A DNA stretch of 64,000 nt from Vezdaea acicularis (GCA_026025075.1 JAPEUI010000065.1:1-64000); one strand, 5' to 3'; numbered from the stretch's first letter, positions 26,510 through 39,796 are shown. The notes: generated from the sequence alone by a model not told the origin. Made by a program: numbers and translations.

Positions 26510-27233
26510 AGTGAGAGCTGGGGTTGAATTGGAGATAAGTGATGAGGGTGTGAATGGGACGTTATGGTAAATCGGAGATGAGATGATTTGAAGATGCAGA
26601 AGCGCAAAGTGTTTGCTTGGATTGTTTAGCTGCAGGTTATTATGAATCAACTTGAAACCTTGATCAAAGAGTCACGTTGGTAGGAAAATCTGCCAGGGAG
26701 AGGATGTTAAAGGTACTCCTGCTTAGGTAGCTTCAAGGATCCTTGAAGTATTGAAAGAAGAGATGGAAGTTAAAGCTCCTCTCGAGCGATAATCTCAACG
26801 TAGTTGGTGAATGCAAGCTCCTAGAGCTAAAATAGGTACGTGCATAAAGCTTAACCTAGCACAGGTATGATCTGGAGATTGTGAATAATGGAAGAGGTGG
26901 GTTGGTGCAGGCCTAGCGCAGAGAGATCTCCAGCTATGCGAGACTGATCATAGATGAGAGAATCCACTGAGCTCAGTGTGTTAAGGTGAGGGAGATATTC
27001 AGAAATAGGAAAGAGGAGCTCAAAGTATTCAATGCATTGAGTGTTGAGTGTTGAGTAGAGCTCAGTCATTGAAGTCATCTTGATGCGAAGTTGGGATAAG
27101 GTACATGCGCCAATCCAAAAAGGGGCCGAGATCGGTGCTCTCATACTCCCCCATATTCGCAAGCGAAGATGCTCAAAAAATCTAAGTACCCGTTAACATC
27201 TATAGCCGGGGGAATTGCGCCTTAATCATTTAT

Positions 27234-29633
27234 CTATACCACCGATTTCGCCGCTGCAATGAATGCACGAATCTTTTCTGGACTCTGGACGCCGCTCTCT
27301 TCAACGCCGCTGCTAACATCGACCGCAACAACCTGCCGCCGCGCATCTCCCAACCGCGTCAGGGTCGGTTGCAAGTTATCAGCGTTCAGTCCGCCAGCAA
27401 GGATAATCTTGAGCTCTGCGTCCTTGTTGAGTGCCTTCTCGACGTTTCGAATGTCAAGCTGTACTCCAGAACCGCCGGCGCCAGAGTCCAGTAAGGGCAG
27501 AGCATGATATCCGCGGGTTGCAAGTGAGGGATCGCTTGGATCGAAGCTGCGAATAACTGGGACTGGGATAAGTGATGCCCACTCAAGAGGTTCGGACCCG
27601 TGTAACTGGACGACATCTAGGCCTAGAAGCTTTTGCTGAGCAAGTACATATGCTAGTGACTGGTTTTGGAAGACTCCAACAAGAAGAGCGCGCGTTGGAT
27701 GTACGAGATGGTGGGTGCTAGTATGTGCGAAGAAATCGATGGCTATTTCGCTAAGATCATCCTGCATCTTGATTGTTCCTTGTCTAGATAGTTTGGGAGT
27801 TTCGTGGACAACTTTGGCGATCTCTAATGCATCTTTCGGAGGTACATACCGAGACCGACCTTCCACTCTGATAATTCCTACCATATCGGCCCCCGCTTCT
27901 ATGGCGACTTTCGCAGCTTCTGGACTCCGCGTGCCACAAATTTTTACGAGAAGTTTATCATGCTTCACGGCCTTCCTCTGGCTCAGTCTCTGGCCTAAAA
28001 GGTTGTTGATGAATTGTTTGGTATCAGGCGCTCGCATCAGCGCCTCTCCGACTAGGACTGCACCCACTCCATTTCTATGATAGACATCGACGTCCTGAGG
28101 TCCAGATATTCCACTCAAAGCACAGACAATCGTCGTACTTGGGACGCCATCCATGAGCCGGCTTGTAGTATCCAAGTCGACTTCAAAGGTGGTCAGATCT
28201 CTGTTGTTCACACCGATAACTTGTGCACCAAGTTCAACGGCAGTCCGCATCTCCTCCACGGTGTTAACTTCCACTAGAGGCTCCATCCCAAGAAGTTTAG
28301 AGTACGCATAGAGTCGCGATAAGGTAAGGACATCGAGCATCTTTACAATGAGAAGAACCGTATCAGCTCCCGCAAGTCTTGCTTCAAGGATCTGATATTC
28401 ATCAAAAATGAACTCTTTTCGCAAGATCGCGGGTCTATTGGGCATACCCTCCAGGCTCTGTCGCACCTGCCGGAGATCCTCGATGCTTCCTTTGAACCAT
28501 TCGGGTTCTGTGAGTACAGAAATGACACTAGCTCCTGCCAGCGCATACGCTCTTGCTTGTCTCGGGGCACATGTCGAAAGCGAAATGGTTCCCTTTGACG
28601 GTGAAGCACGCTTGATCTCAGCCATCAAGGAAATGCGATATGGGGATTGACGTAGTCGCTCGACAAACGGAACCAGCGCTGGGGAGAGATTGAGCTCGTA
28701 TGCTGCTTGTAGGTCGCTCAGTCTCTGTGACGGCACCTGTCTCTGGAGACCCAAAGCTGCTTTACGGTGCTTATAGATCTTTTCTAGAATAGAAATTGTG
28801 TCCTGCGCGTCGACCTTTGGGGTTGTTCCGTTCATCGGGGGTTGTGCAGTGCCAAGTTTTTCTCGCGCAACCAAGCTTGCTTCCTTCTGATACTCCTCGT
28901 TCTCTTCCCAAGTCCCTCCTCGCATATTCAAGAAATTCTTCAACATGACTCTTCCTTCGGCTGTCAATATACTCTCAGGGTGAAATTGAACACCTTCGAC
29001 AATATATTTCTTATGTCGGATCCCCATAATCACGCCTTTGCCTCCATCTGGACCTTTCTCGATCCAAGACGACACCTCGAGGCATTCAGGAATTGTGGCA
29101 TATGTGCCTGCGAGAGAATGATATCGAGTTACAGGAAGATCTTGAGGAAGATTGGCATATACGCCTTTCGAATCGTGGGTCAGCGGAGAAGTCTTCCCAT
29201 GCAAGATTTCTCCCGCGAAGATGACTTCGCCGCCGTACACTGAAAGCATGCATTGTCTAAGGAAGAAATGTCGTCAGCGGTTTGCGAAACGCGCGGAAAG
29301 ATCCAGAACTTACTGCCCCATACACACCCCAAGCACGGGAATTTTTCCGGCAAAGTGTTTGATTGCATCTCGGCTGACGCCCGAGTCGCTTTCCGGGTGT
29401 CCTGGGCCAGGACTTATGACTACTTGGGTGGGATTCAGCTCGATGAGCTCCTGGAGGGATATTTTATCATTTCGATAGACCGTTACGGAAGCACCTTCCA
29501 GTACGAGGTACTGAAAAACGTTCCACGTAAAGGAATCATAATTGTCGATTAGAACCAAGTTGGTGGCATTCGGGAGGCTTGCAGCTGCCGACGGGTGCTG
29601 GGGCGAGTGGTCCACAAGGTCGAGAGCAGTCAT
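27234..29633 (-). CDS. trpC: Trifunctional tryptophan biosynthesis protein (anthranilate synthase component II / IGP synthase / PRA isomerase); intron 29313-29257
   Basis: [74 protein letters not shown]. Confidence 0.97.
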
Positions 29634-30198
29634 ACTGGCAACTCGGATGGTTTTAAAATGATCAGAAAAGCATGGAAAGTTATGAGTTAGTGCGGACGCT
29701 CCTTGGGGCGAAGGGCGCGTCGCGCCCTTTGTCATGAAATAGTTCTTGCTCACGGTCACTATCAAGCTCCGAACTCCGGAACTATCCCTGCCCCACTACG
29801 GAGCGCGCGTAGGGCTACTATAGCAATACATGGTTGTGGGACAGGGGTAGTGTAGATCCCTGGAAAACGCCAAAGCATCGTTTTGCCAATAAATACAGCG
29901 CGTAACCTGGATACTACAATGTGAAAACTATTGCGGAGCTTTACGCAGGGATACTTCTCCCTGGAAGTTGGATAAAATGACTGGTGACCCTTTTAATTCT
30001 CAAAAGTACTGTGCCTACCCCGGCTACCCTTACCCACTTTTCACCAAGCTGTCGCGAAACAGCATAACCGAAAACGCGTTCGCCTTGTAGCGGCGCATCT
30101 GTAGATTCCATATTTTAGAGTCTTTGAGGCAGAGCTTCTTGCTTTTGTCAGCCCCATCTGGCCTGCGCAACAAGGCTTCATAGTCTTTGCGCTCAATT

Positions 30199-33100
30199 AT
30201 GGCGCCAGCTGGGGATACTGTTTATTTTCCATCCCTACAACGCTGCCTTGACGGCAGCGTACGACTTATGTGAGTAAGAGCACCTAAGGATGTTACTGCA
30301 CCCTTGACTGACCTCATAAAGCTCATGGAAGACTGCATTCGTGCATGCCGTAGACCTTAGGTCAGCGACGCGCCCCGATACAAATCTGAAGCAATTCCTC
30401 TCCAGCCCAGGAGCTGTGGATTGCCTCGGCGATCCTCTCAACGCCTTCCACTCCGCTTCTCCGCAGAGTAAAACGGATTTTGAGAGCAAAACAGCTCCAA
30501 TTAATATCACTCCTACCTCCAAGACTTACAACCTCCAAGAGATCAAAGATGATGCTCTTCGCCTTAGCAAAGAGACAAGTATCGATGAATTATCTGCACT
30601 GAGAATAACTATCTTGGAATGGCAATCTCGACCAGCTGCGCAGCTATTGGACGGATCGCGTTTGGATGGCACTGCGGGCTCTCCAGACCCTTCGAACCCA
30701 CCGAATGGGAGTGTCTCTAGATTTGCGCCGAAATCTTCAATTCTAACAAGGCCCGAGGCCCTTCCAGCTTCGCGAGCTGCTTCATTCGATTCCGGGGAGA
30801 GCCGACGCACGCGACAAATATACACTTACTTTTCTGAAAGAAAATACTTAGTAAAACTGAGTGAGCTCCTTGTCCGAAGTGCTGTTAGTAAATCGATTAT
30901 GGACGATCAGTCTCAGCCTACTCTGTATCCAGACTTGTCAAAAGGAAAAGACGTTGATTCAACAAGCTGGCTGGAGCAGATCGGAGACAAGCTATACAGC
31001 AAGACCATACTCTTAAGAGGGGCAAAATCGGGTGCCTTTTTACGAGAATGCACTGGTGCAATGAAAGACCGCATAAAAAGGCTTGAAACTGGCAGTGGAT
31101 GCTTCAAAGAAGAAGGCGGAAAACTCGAGGTTGAGGCCGAGTGGGGTAAAACCCTCATTCTTGAGATTATACACATATTGCAAATTATGTTCAACGCTAT
31201 CGAGAGCTCTGCAACAATAACATCCGCCGACACTCTGATGGCGTGGCTAGAATTCGTCCGCGGATTTGCATTTTTCGAGAAGTTTGAGCCTGTAAGTGCT
31301 ATCTTATAATACCTAGGGGTAAGCCCCATGTACGCTTCATGGTCTAACTCTATCACAATGCAGCCGTACTCGATTCAACAGCCATATGTACTCCCTCTAC
31401 AGTCACTAGTAGCAATCGTTTCGCTAGCGATATTAAACCTCCCATTGGCTGTTGCTGCTATGCAAGAAGCCCCCGAGAACACCTCCAATTCGCCCACGCA
31501 CCGTCCATATATCACCGATAATGCTGTAATTGAGTTCGCTACAGTGACTTTCCTTGAGGCAGCTGGATCTGCTTCTAAAGTTGCCAGCCTTGCAACATTG
31601 GCGTGGAGTATCTTACTACAAACGCTTCGCGACGTTGTACTAGCCCACAGAGAAGCTAGAGAAGAGCACCAGTTACAGCGGGCAGTAGCTGGGTTTGAGG
31701 TTAATTCTTCAGAGACCGAGGAAGGTGAATCATCGGCGACTGAGAATGGTACGTTGTATAAGCGAAGGAGCATCTCTTCAGGGAGTGAGCTCTCGATCGA
31801 GCCCAGCATATATGAGGAGACGCTAGAGACTATATTGGCTTTGGAAGTTGAGGATGATACTATAAGACATCTAGCAATCAAGGCAGTAGTTGACGGCAAT
31901 ATCTTTGACGTAATCATTAATTTGGTCACAGAGTATTGCACACCATTCGGCTCAGGACTTGGTGACCAAAGTGCCTTAAGGATACGTCTTCTACTATTGT
32001 CTCTCATCAGGGCAGGCATCGATGGCATGGAATATTTACCAGCACTTATCCTGGCAACACTGGCAACACTGTCAGGAGTTGATCGATTCTGGGATAATGT
32101 TGATCGGTTGACAATGCCGAAACTGAACCCAGCAGCAGATTTCTTGAATGATCCGGTAATGATGGGTATTTTCTTTAAAGCTGCGGCTTCGAGATACCCA
32201 TATGAAGCCCTTCCATTCCTAAAATTAGTCAGAGCGTTGGCTACTACCAACGATGTTGATTCGGAGGGCACGCTCAAAGCGACGTCTATTATGAAACAAA
32301 TGAAGACCTTCACGCAAGTTCTTCCTCCAGGTTTCAATGATTATCAAACGACAAACGAGGCTGAGAATGCCAACGTCGTCATACTTCTTAAACCCTTGCA
32401 GATCTTCTTAAAGAGAAATAGGATGCCGCTTATCACTCAACCATCGCTTTCAGAAGGAGCGATTTTCTCCTTGTCACAAGACGCAAACCACAACGGCCTC
32501 TTCATCCCGACAAACACTCTTGGACGTATCATATCCGAGCATGACCCAGTGGTAGCGCTATGGGAATACGAGTATTCGGGGCTACAATATCTAGGACGCA
32601 TGCTCAGCTCAGCCCGAGCTGGTAGCTCAGTTGTTGACGCTGCTACGGGGTTCACACCAGATGCAGACACACGGGCAGAGATGATTGGACTACTTGCTAC
32701 ACTAGTGACCGTCTCAAGTGATCCTTCTGAAACTACCGACGATGGTGCTGCTGCTCGTCGAATACTCGAAGAGGCCAGTGATGGCGTCGAACGGAACGAC
32801 GACATAATATCGATTGTACTTGATATATTCGAAGAAGAGCTTCAGAATTATAGGCCACAGGCAGGAGTTGACGGTTCTCTGGACGTCCTTGTGAGCTGCG
32901 TTCAATTTGTGTTTGCGATAACCGCTGTCATTCCTGGCCGCGTTTGGCCGTTTCTCGCGAAGAGCGGCTTACTAGAGATTGAAGGCCGTGGCGGTAAGTT
33001 AGCTTCGATTGTTGCTGGTACAGAAATCGTAACTGGTCGCTACGAGTTCCTCATGGGATGCATTCGCCTTTTCGACGTCTTAGTCGAGGACTCAGTTACA

Positions 33101-35999
33101 CACACGGTGGCTCGCAACTCTCACGGCCAGCTTTCGAGAGATTCGGTGAAGTGGGAAGGCCTGGCCACTGGTCTTCCGGAGAAGATCATGTCCAAGGTCT
33201 TGGGTGCCTTTGAAAGGACGCTCGTAGACGTTTTCGAGAGCATGGGGAATTGGAGATATGCCATTCCAGATGAGAAGCTGGAAATCGCTTCCAGGCTGCT
33301 AGGTACCTTCGACAACATTCTTTCATACGCCTATGGCATCGGCGAGTCTGCGAGCTTAGATGACAAGATTACTTCGGTCCTGGCGTCCACAGCAGAACAC
33401 CTTGTCGATGTCTTCCTCTCGTCTTCCTCAAATGATCTCCCAAGTCAGCCATTCCTTCGCATATTCGATGAGGGCGCTAGTACGCCAGCCACCACGCTGT
33501 ACTTGAAGACCCTCGAATGGTTCATCTCGGAAGTAACTAATGGCCTGAAATTCTGCGTTACTCTGGTGCGGGTGGGGAATATCTTGAACAGGCCACCTTC
33601 ACATCTCGAGAGCCTCCTGTTCCAAGCTTCACCACTACTGACCAAGCTTTACGTTGCACATGACTCCTATCGAATACTGGTCTTGCGATTATTCCATGCT
33701 TTAGTTGTAAGCGCAGGCTCGTTGAAAGAAGAACCGCCTTCACTACTCGGCCATCTAGGGCCTGTGGCAGCCAAATCTTTCTTAAGCGTCCTATCTGATT
33801 TTGAGAGGCCTCTCAATAATGAGGAACTGGAGATCAGCATTTGGCATCTTCTTTCCGCGATAGTGAGCAACCGACAGCAGTGGTTATCAGTTTATTTGCT
33901 TACAGGAAAACCACCTCGAGAATCATTGAAAGAGAACGCCTCCGTTGCTGCTGGAAAGAGTCACGAGAGATCGCTATTGACCCTCGCCTTGGACGCGCTC
34001 TCGGATATTAAAACATTGTCCCCAAGAAAAGCTCTAGCTATGCTGGAGTTTGTTAGTTTTGCCGAAGACTACTGGCCATGGGCAATGACAGATTTACACA
34101 AACATCCTCGATTCCTCGCGGCCATATCTGGCTTTACCATGGGATTGGAGTCTACCAAAGAGCATGCAAAAACAGAGCACAATGCAACAGACTGCAATCA
34201 TATCCGAATGGCTGCTTTCGTTGCTGATATCCTTGGCATGTATACTCTCCATGCGCGACAACTCGGAAACACATCCTTTGCGGAAACGCTGGCCAAAAAA
34301 CTTGATTACTATGCCAAAAATGCCGTTAAAGTCCCAAGCTACAACAGCTCTCTTCATGGAAACCTAGCCAAAAATTTCAATAACAAGTTTCAGCCCTTCG
34401 ATTTGGCCAAGTTCAAGCGATCTCAACTGCATCACGCTGAGCTCGGACCGCAATATGTGTACGATATGAATCTTGCTACGAAAATGCTTAGCTTTGAACC
34501 TGTTTGGAAAGGGATTCGCGGAAATCCAGGGTTGGCAGCAGAGGTCGAGAGAGCTAACGTCAATCTTTCAAAAGTCGAAGCTCAAGTCGTAAGTAGCTCT
34601 TCAGGAAGGCGCCGGACATATGCTAACGTACTTCCAGGCGCTTTTGCAAGGCTGGAAGGTTCTTGCAACAGAACTCACAAGCGTTCTTCCTGGAAGTGCA
34701 AATCTGCGCGAGATCATGATTCAAGTAGCGAAAGACTGTTTAGTTGCCAATGCCAACAGCAATTTATCAATACATATATTCGAGAACCTAACGCATGTTC
34801 GAGCCGATCTCGCCTTTATTCTCTTACAACGTCTCCTAGAAACAAAGCCGGATGACCCCCATATTCACACAACACTTCCCTCGGCATGGGCCTTAGTCCG
34901 AGATCAGAACACTGGGCCAGAATACGCGCTCACCGGGCCAGATGCCGTATACAACCGCAAGCTCCTCCAAATCCTCCTCCTCGCACTTCGTGCAACAGCG
35001 CACAGCCCCTCACCACCTCAAAAAGCCTCGACAAACGGCACATCCCCTCACATACAGCCCGACTCCCCAACCATCTTAACGACCCTCGAAATCATAACCA
35101 CTCTCATTTTACCCACCTTCCGCTCTCTTGCCTCCTCCCTACACACATCCCCTACCACGACCAACCCAGCGGACTTCACCCTGCTCACCGCCCTCCTCCG
35201 CGCCTCCTTCCAGGTACCTGGCATCCACTACCACCAACCGTCCCTTGTGTCCGCCCTTGCAGCCACGAACACCATCTCTATCACCACGACCCTCTACAGC
35301 TGGTCCGACAACCCCAACCTCTGTCCAAACCACGACCCTATCTATGGAGACCTATCCATGCTCTTCCTACTCGAGCTCTCTACCCTCCCACAACTAGCCG
35401 AGCATATGGCCCTGGATGGCGTGATCTCCCAGCTTGCAGCCGCCAGACTGACGCAGTACGTTCAGCGCGGCGTCAACCCCCTCGGCGAGGTCGGGCACCA
35501 GCGCCTGTACGCCATCTGGGCCCGTGGTATCCTACCACTATGCCTGAACCTGCTCACCGCAGTAGGAGCTAGCATCGCGGTGGAGGTGAGCGCGTTCCTG
35601 GCCAGCTTTAAGGGCCAGCTGGAAAAGGCATCTGCTTTCTTCACGGTGCCACTGCCGGGACGGACGTCCATCACCGAAGGCGGTATGGGGGGAGCACTGA
35701 CGGTGCTCATGTGCAAGGAGGCGTATAGCCTTGCTCTCTTGACCGCTGTGTTGGACAAGGTCCGGAAGGCGGGAGCGGGCGTAGGGGTCCGGAGTGAGGA
35801 TGTGGTGCAGCTGGGATGGGATGGCAAGAGGGTGAGGGAGGATGTAGATGGGATTCTGACGGACGGGGTGGTGGCGCTTAGGAAAAGAATCGTGCCTGTT
35901 AGTGAGGTAGAGGTGGAGGGGCTGAGGGGCGAAGAGCTGGTCAAGAGGGTGCAAAGGGATTTGGAGGGGTTGGTGGAGGTTCTAAGTGAGGATGAATGA
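30199..35999 (+). CDS. NUP188: Nucleoporin Nup188; introns 30270-30321, 31292-31363, 34589-34637
   Basis: Large helical protein from three long ORFs joined in frame. Motifs YFPSL...I|SWK, IDELSALRITILEWQSRP, EEPPSLLGHLG, NRQQWLSVYLLTG, LYAIWARGILPLCLNLL. Confidence 0.88.
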
Positions 36000-36238
36000 G
36001 GGGGAGAGTGGGGAGTTGTTCGAACTGCATAGCGCGTCCTGAAAAGCGTTCTTCTGATCTAGACACAGAATAGATGAGAGTGCTATCAATGGATTCGTGG
36101 GTTTTGATCCAATTTAAGACCGCTAATTCTAAGAGGCGTTCGCTTTTTTGGAACTCCGTACTCCATCCTTAAGATGTCTACAGTACAGTACAGAAAAGTG
36201 CATGAAAAAACGGTTCCACCCGTCCTAGATCATTCCTC

Positions 36239-37170
36239 CTACCTATCGCCCCCAGGCGGCCCCCCCGGAAACCCACCAGGGGCTCCCGGCTGCCCAGTCG
36301 GACTCATCTGCGGCGGCGGGAACCCACCCGGCGGGAATTGGAAATTCGGCGGCATCGCACCTGGAGGAGGAAGCCCCCCGGGCGGAGGGAATGGCATACC
36401 ACCCGGCATTTGCGGTGGTCCGGCCTGCCCTGGAGGCGGGAAGGGCATTGGAAACGGAGGCATACCGCGACCACCTGGCACTATGAAATTCACATATCAG
36501 TATGAAGCCCAACACCAGAGAAAGCTCAAAGATATGACTGACTAGGTGGGAACCCCGCTGCCCCGCCCGGCCCCAACCCAAACGGCGGTGGCGGAAACGG
36601 TCCATCAGGTTGACCTATAGTGCGAATCAGCCTCTGACACAGCAAGAGCCTCTTTATCCCATATTCGACATACCACCTGGAAACCCAAACGGTGGCGCGC
36701 CAAAGCCTCCGCGCGGCGGCCCTTGGTTCTGGCTCAACATGGGGTTTGCGCCTGCTTGGCCCTCGGCGCCGTACGCGTTCGTGATGCTGTCGATTACCGA
36801 CTGTGCTTTTTCATGGCCGATTTCTGGTACAGGATGTCAGTCTTTCGGTCTTCTCAAGCGTGCAGTGGGTGGAGGAGAGAGGTGGGTTGGTGGGGCGATG
36901 TGAGCGTACGTTGATAGTAGTCGACTACGTTTCGTAAATGGTTACGGCCGCTGTTGTGGGCTTTCCGCACGCTCATCGAGTCGTGGGTGAGGTAGACATC
37001 GCAGTAGTCACCTAAAATGGTAAGCAAAGGCGCAATTAAGGTTGCTGAGCAGAAGCTTGGTATAGACCCGCATTGCTATGGTGGGAACTGAGGGCACCTA
37101 CAGAAGAGTGCACAGACAGGTTAGCTGAGCGCCAGAGGATTTTGAGAAGGGGATACTTATATTTCGGCAT
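36239..37170 (-). CDS. YHC1: U1 snRNP protein C; exons 37170-37161, 37107-37102, 37011-36910, 36823-36674, 36614-36543, 36480-36239 (intron 1 is AT-AC)
   Basis: Spliced product [54 protein letters not shown]... (U1-type zinc finger) followed by a Pro/Gly-rich tail. Confidence 0.92.
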
Positions 37171-37298
37171 TGCGGAACTTTTCAAGACGTGAGGAGAGCG
37201 AATAGATATGGTGAAGTGGCAATGAGAAGCTATATATCTACTGTCCGCTTTGTCGTCAAGCTTGAGAGAAATTCGTGTGAGCACGGCGGAGATTCACA

Positions 37299-37306
37299 GT
37301 CACGTG
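37299..37306. promoter_or_regulatory. E-box / Cbf1-type site GTCACGTG upstream of U1-C
   Basis: Exact RTCACGTG about 130 nt upstream of the ATG. The same motif occurs in the UPS1/WRS1 promoter. Confidence 0.35.
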
Positions 37307-37708
37307 CTTCGCCTCACAATGTCGAGGAGGTGATCATTTCACTGTTACTGTAACTAGCCACATGTATGAAGAGTGACGTTTGGTATTTGAAATTTCTGGC
37401 AACACTAGTGCTGTAATGTATGCCGAAGCCGCAATACCTAACTACAAGCAAAATCGTCACGGAACTCGCACTCGCCTCGAGAATACAAAGGATACGAAGG
37501 TTTGGTATCCAACAATCTGCACAAGAGCAGAAAGTTGATACACAGCACCTTGTGGTAGTGTAGGGAGCTTAGCTAGAGCCTTGAGTGCTGTGAGTTTCAC
37601 TCCCAATGTGCCGTGATCCAAAGGCCTCCATATCCGAACAAGAGGTGAGGCAAGTATTACCCCGAGATGGGAACAGAGACAGACTACCAACTTGTAGCAT
37701 GGCAAGAT

Positions 37709-39796
37709 CTACCATGAACTGTCGCGATACGAAGTGTCCTCAGTTGCTGGAGTATTCCAGTCACCACCATGGGCAGCCGGTGTACCCCAGTCTCCAGCGT
37801 TAGCAGACGGAGCATCCCAGCTACTTGCGTTGGCAACTGTGAATCCATCGCCGTTTCCAGCATTAGGATTCTCAAAGTCACCCATATCTACAGGAGCTTT
37901 TTTGCAACGAACAACAGTATGACCCACTACGCATGTCAGCTACCATTTTCTTTATGGATGTCGTCTCTACTCACTTTCGTTACAATTAGAGCACTTTACA
38001 CGGGAATAGTCTCTTGGCTTTGGACATTCCTTCGACATATGGCCGACTCCGTCACAGTTGCGGCAGACTATGACCCTTAGGTTCTCGCAATCTTTGGCCT
38101 TGTGCCCATCCTCACTGCAAAGGCATGTCAGTTTCGCTCGTAACTTTGTGTGTGTAGCATGCTTACCCGCAGTTGCGGCAAGCGAAATCGCCTCCACCGT
38201 TGGGACAATCTTTGGCGTAATGACCAACTATGATTGTGCATTAATAAACTTATATGATAGAGTATACAATACTGTCATATAACTAACCTTCGTTGCATCG
38301 TCTACATTCAACACCATGGGCAGGTTGAGGTTCGGTACACTCGAAAGCTTTATGGCCGGATTGTCTACATAAAGGTTAAGATGAATGCGGTGAGAATCTG
38401 TCACAAGGTATACATACTTGCAATTGCGACAAGCAAACTTGTCAACACGAGGGTCTGGACAGTCGCGAGCGCGGTGCCCTACCTTGTCACAATAGACGCA
38501 CTTGACAACGACTCGATCATGCTCCACTTTTTCCTCTTTACAAGCCCGGCTTTCATGGCCGAGAGCTTTCCAAGATAAACTTCAGCATTCCTTCAAAATA
38601 GAGAGTTTGTTGAGAACTCACTTTTGCAATTATCGCAGAACTTTATCCCACGATCGACGACACCGCCACAATCAAGCAAGCGTTCAAGATTTTCCTCGGG
38701 AGTACTTGGCCACTGTGCGCACATCCTTCTTCTGCTGGGCTTCGATGAAAAATGGAAAGACAACACATATGTGCAGTTAAGTTTTCCATTAAAGTCCATA
38801 ATGGTTTGCGTTTCGGCAATGTTTCTTGTCTACATGCAGTAGACAAGAATTAGCATGTTGTTCTAGGGAGATAGCCAAGAGAGCATCTGGATCATTGGCA
38901 ACATACAAGTGCAATAAGATAGGTGTTGAAGTTCAAAGCACGGAAAGATTGCTCTAGGGCTTGATATGTAGGCGCCCCTGAGTCGGTATGGTCCATGAGA
39001 AGAGCCCTCTGATATTGTTCAACAGCCTGAATGTTACAGTTAGCACGGTGCAATGCTCTTCAAAGGATTGACGAAAATGAAAAAGCACTCACTTTACGCA
39101 TTAGAGCAAGGTCCTTTTTTTGGTCAGCCTCAATGCATGCTTTCCAGGCATTATCAGTAGAATCAGCAGCTTCGCCATCAAAATCCCGAACACGGTTATT
39201 GGTGCAATCAATAGTCTCATGACCTACGAAATTGAAGTCAGCATCAAGCTTATGGCATTTACAAGGTAGAAAGTAATACATACCGTCCTGTTTGCAGTTC
39301 TTACAAGCTTCAAGGGGCTTGTCTGGACATTCAAAAGCTCTGTGTCCCACTTTTGAGCACGTTCTACAGGTGCCAGAGAAAACCCTAGGGTTTGGACAGT
39401 CCGCCTTTGAATGACTAGAATGATTGCCAAAATTAGTGCCCAAAAAGATGATGAAAACCAGATCAGACACTCACCCCTCTTCATTACAATTGAAACATGC
39501 ACCCTTTGATTCTCTGGGCAGAGTGCAATCACGAATAAAATGGCCAGATTCCCCACAACTAATCATAGCCGAAGGGGTCAGTAAAGATTGCACGGGGAAG
39601 GATTGAAAGAAAAGGCGTTTGGGAAAACAAACTTGTGGCATGAAGCAAAGTTAGCGCTAGCTAGAGCAGCATTTCCCACAAACCCGTCAACCAATTCCGC
39701 AACATCAGCCGCAGCAGTTTTCCAGTCAGTCAAGTCAAGAGTTTCACCCGAGTCATTAACAGGGGCTATCAACGGCCACAAGTCAGCAAATGCCAT
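37709..39796 (-). CDS. Multi-exon CCHC zinc-knuckle protein (fungal CnjB-like), 11 knuckles; start codon tentative
   Basis: Exons join through canonical introns to give repeated CxxCxxxxHxxxxC units (CHNCGESGHFIRDC, CFNCNEEGHSKADC ... CSNCNEMGHTVVRC), a central non-knuckle domain (WPSTPEENLERLLDCG) and a Trp-repeat tail. Confidence 0.85.

Noticed and set aside
31319..31330. ATGGGGCTTAC (RNase MRP CR-V-like) on the minus strand
   Set aside because: It lies in a 72-nt NUP188 intron flanked by coding exons, with no GAAAGTCCCC partner seen.
37012..37156. U12-type intron reading of the U1-C gene (GTATCC donor, CCTTAAT branch-like site)
   Set aside because: The donor is GTATCCCC rather than RTATCCTT, splicing it yields AAG TGA (stop), and Pezizomycotina lack the minor spliceosome. 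The U2-type AT-AC reading fits better.
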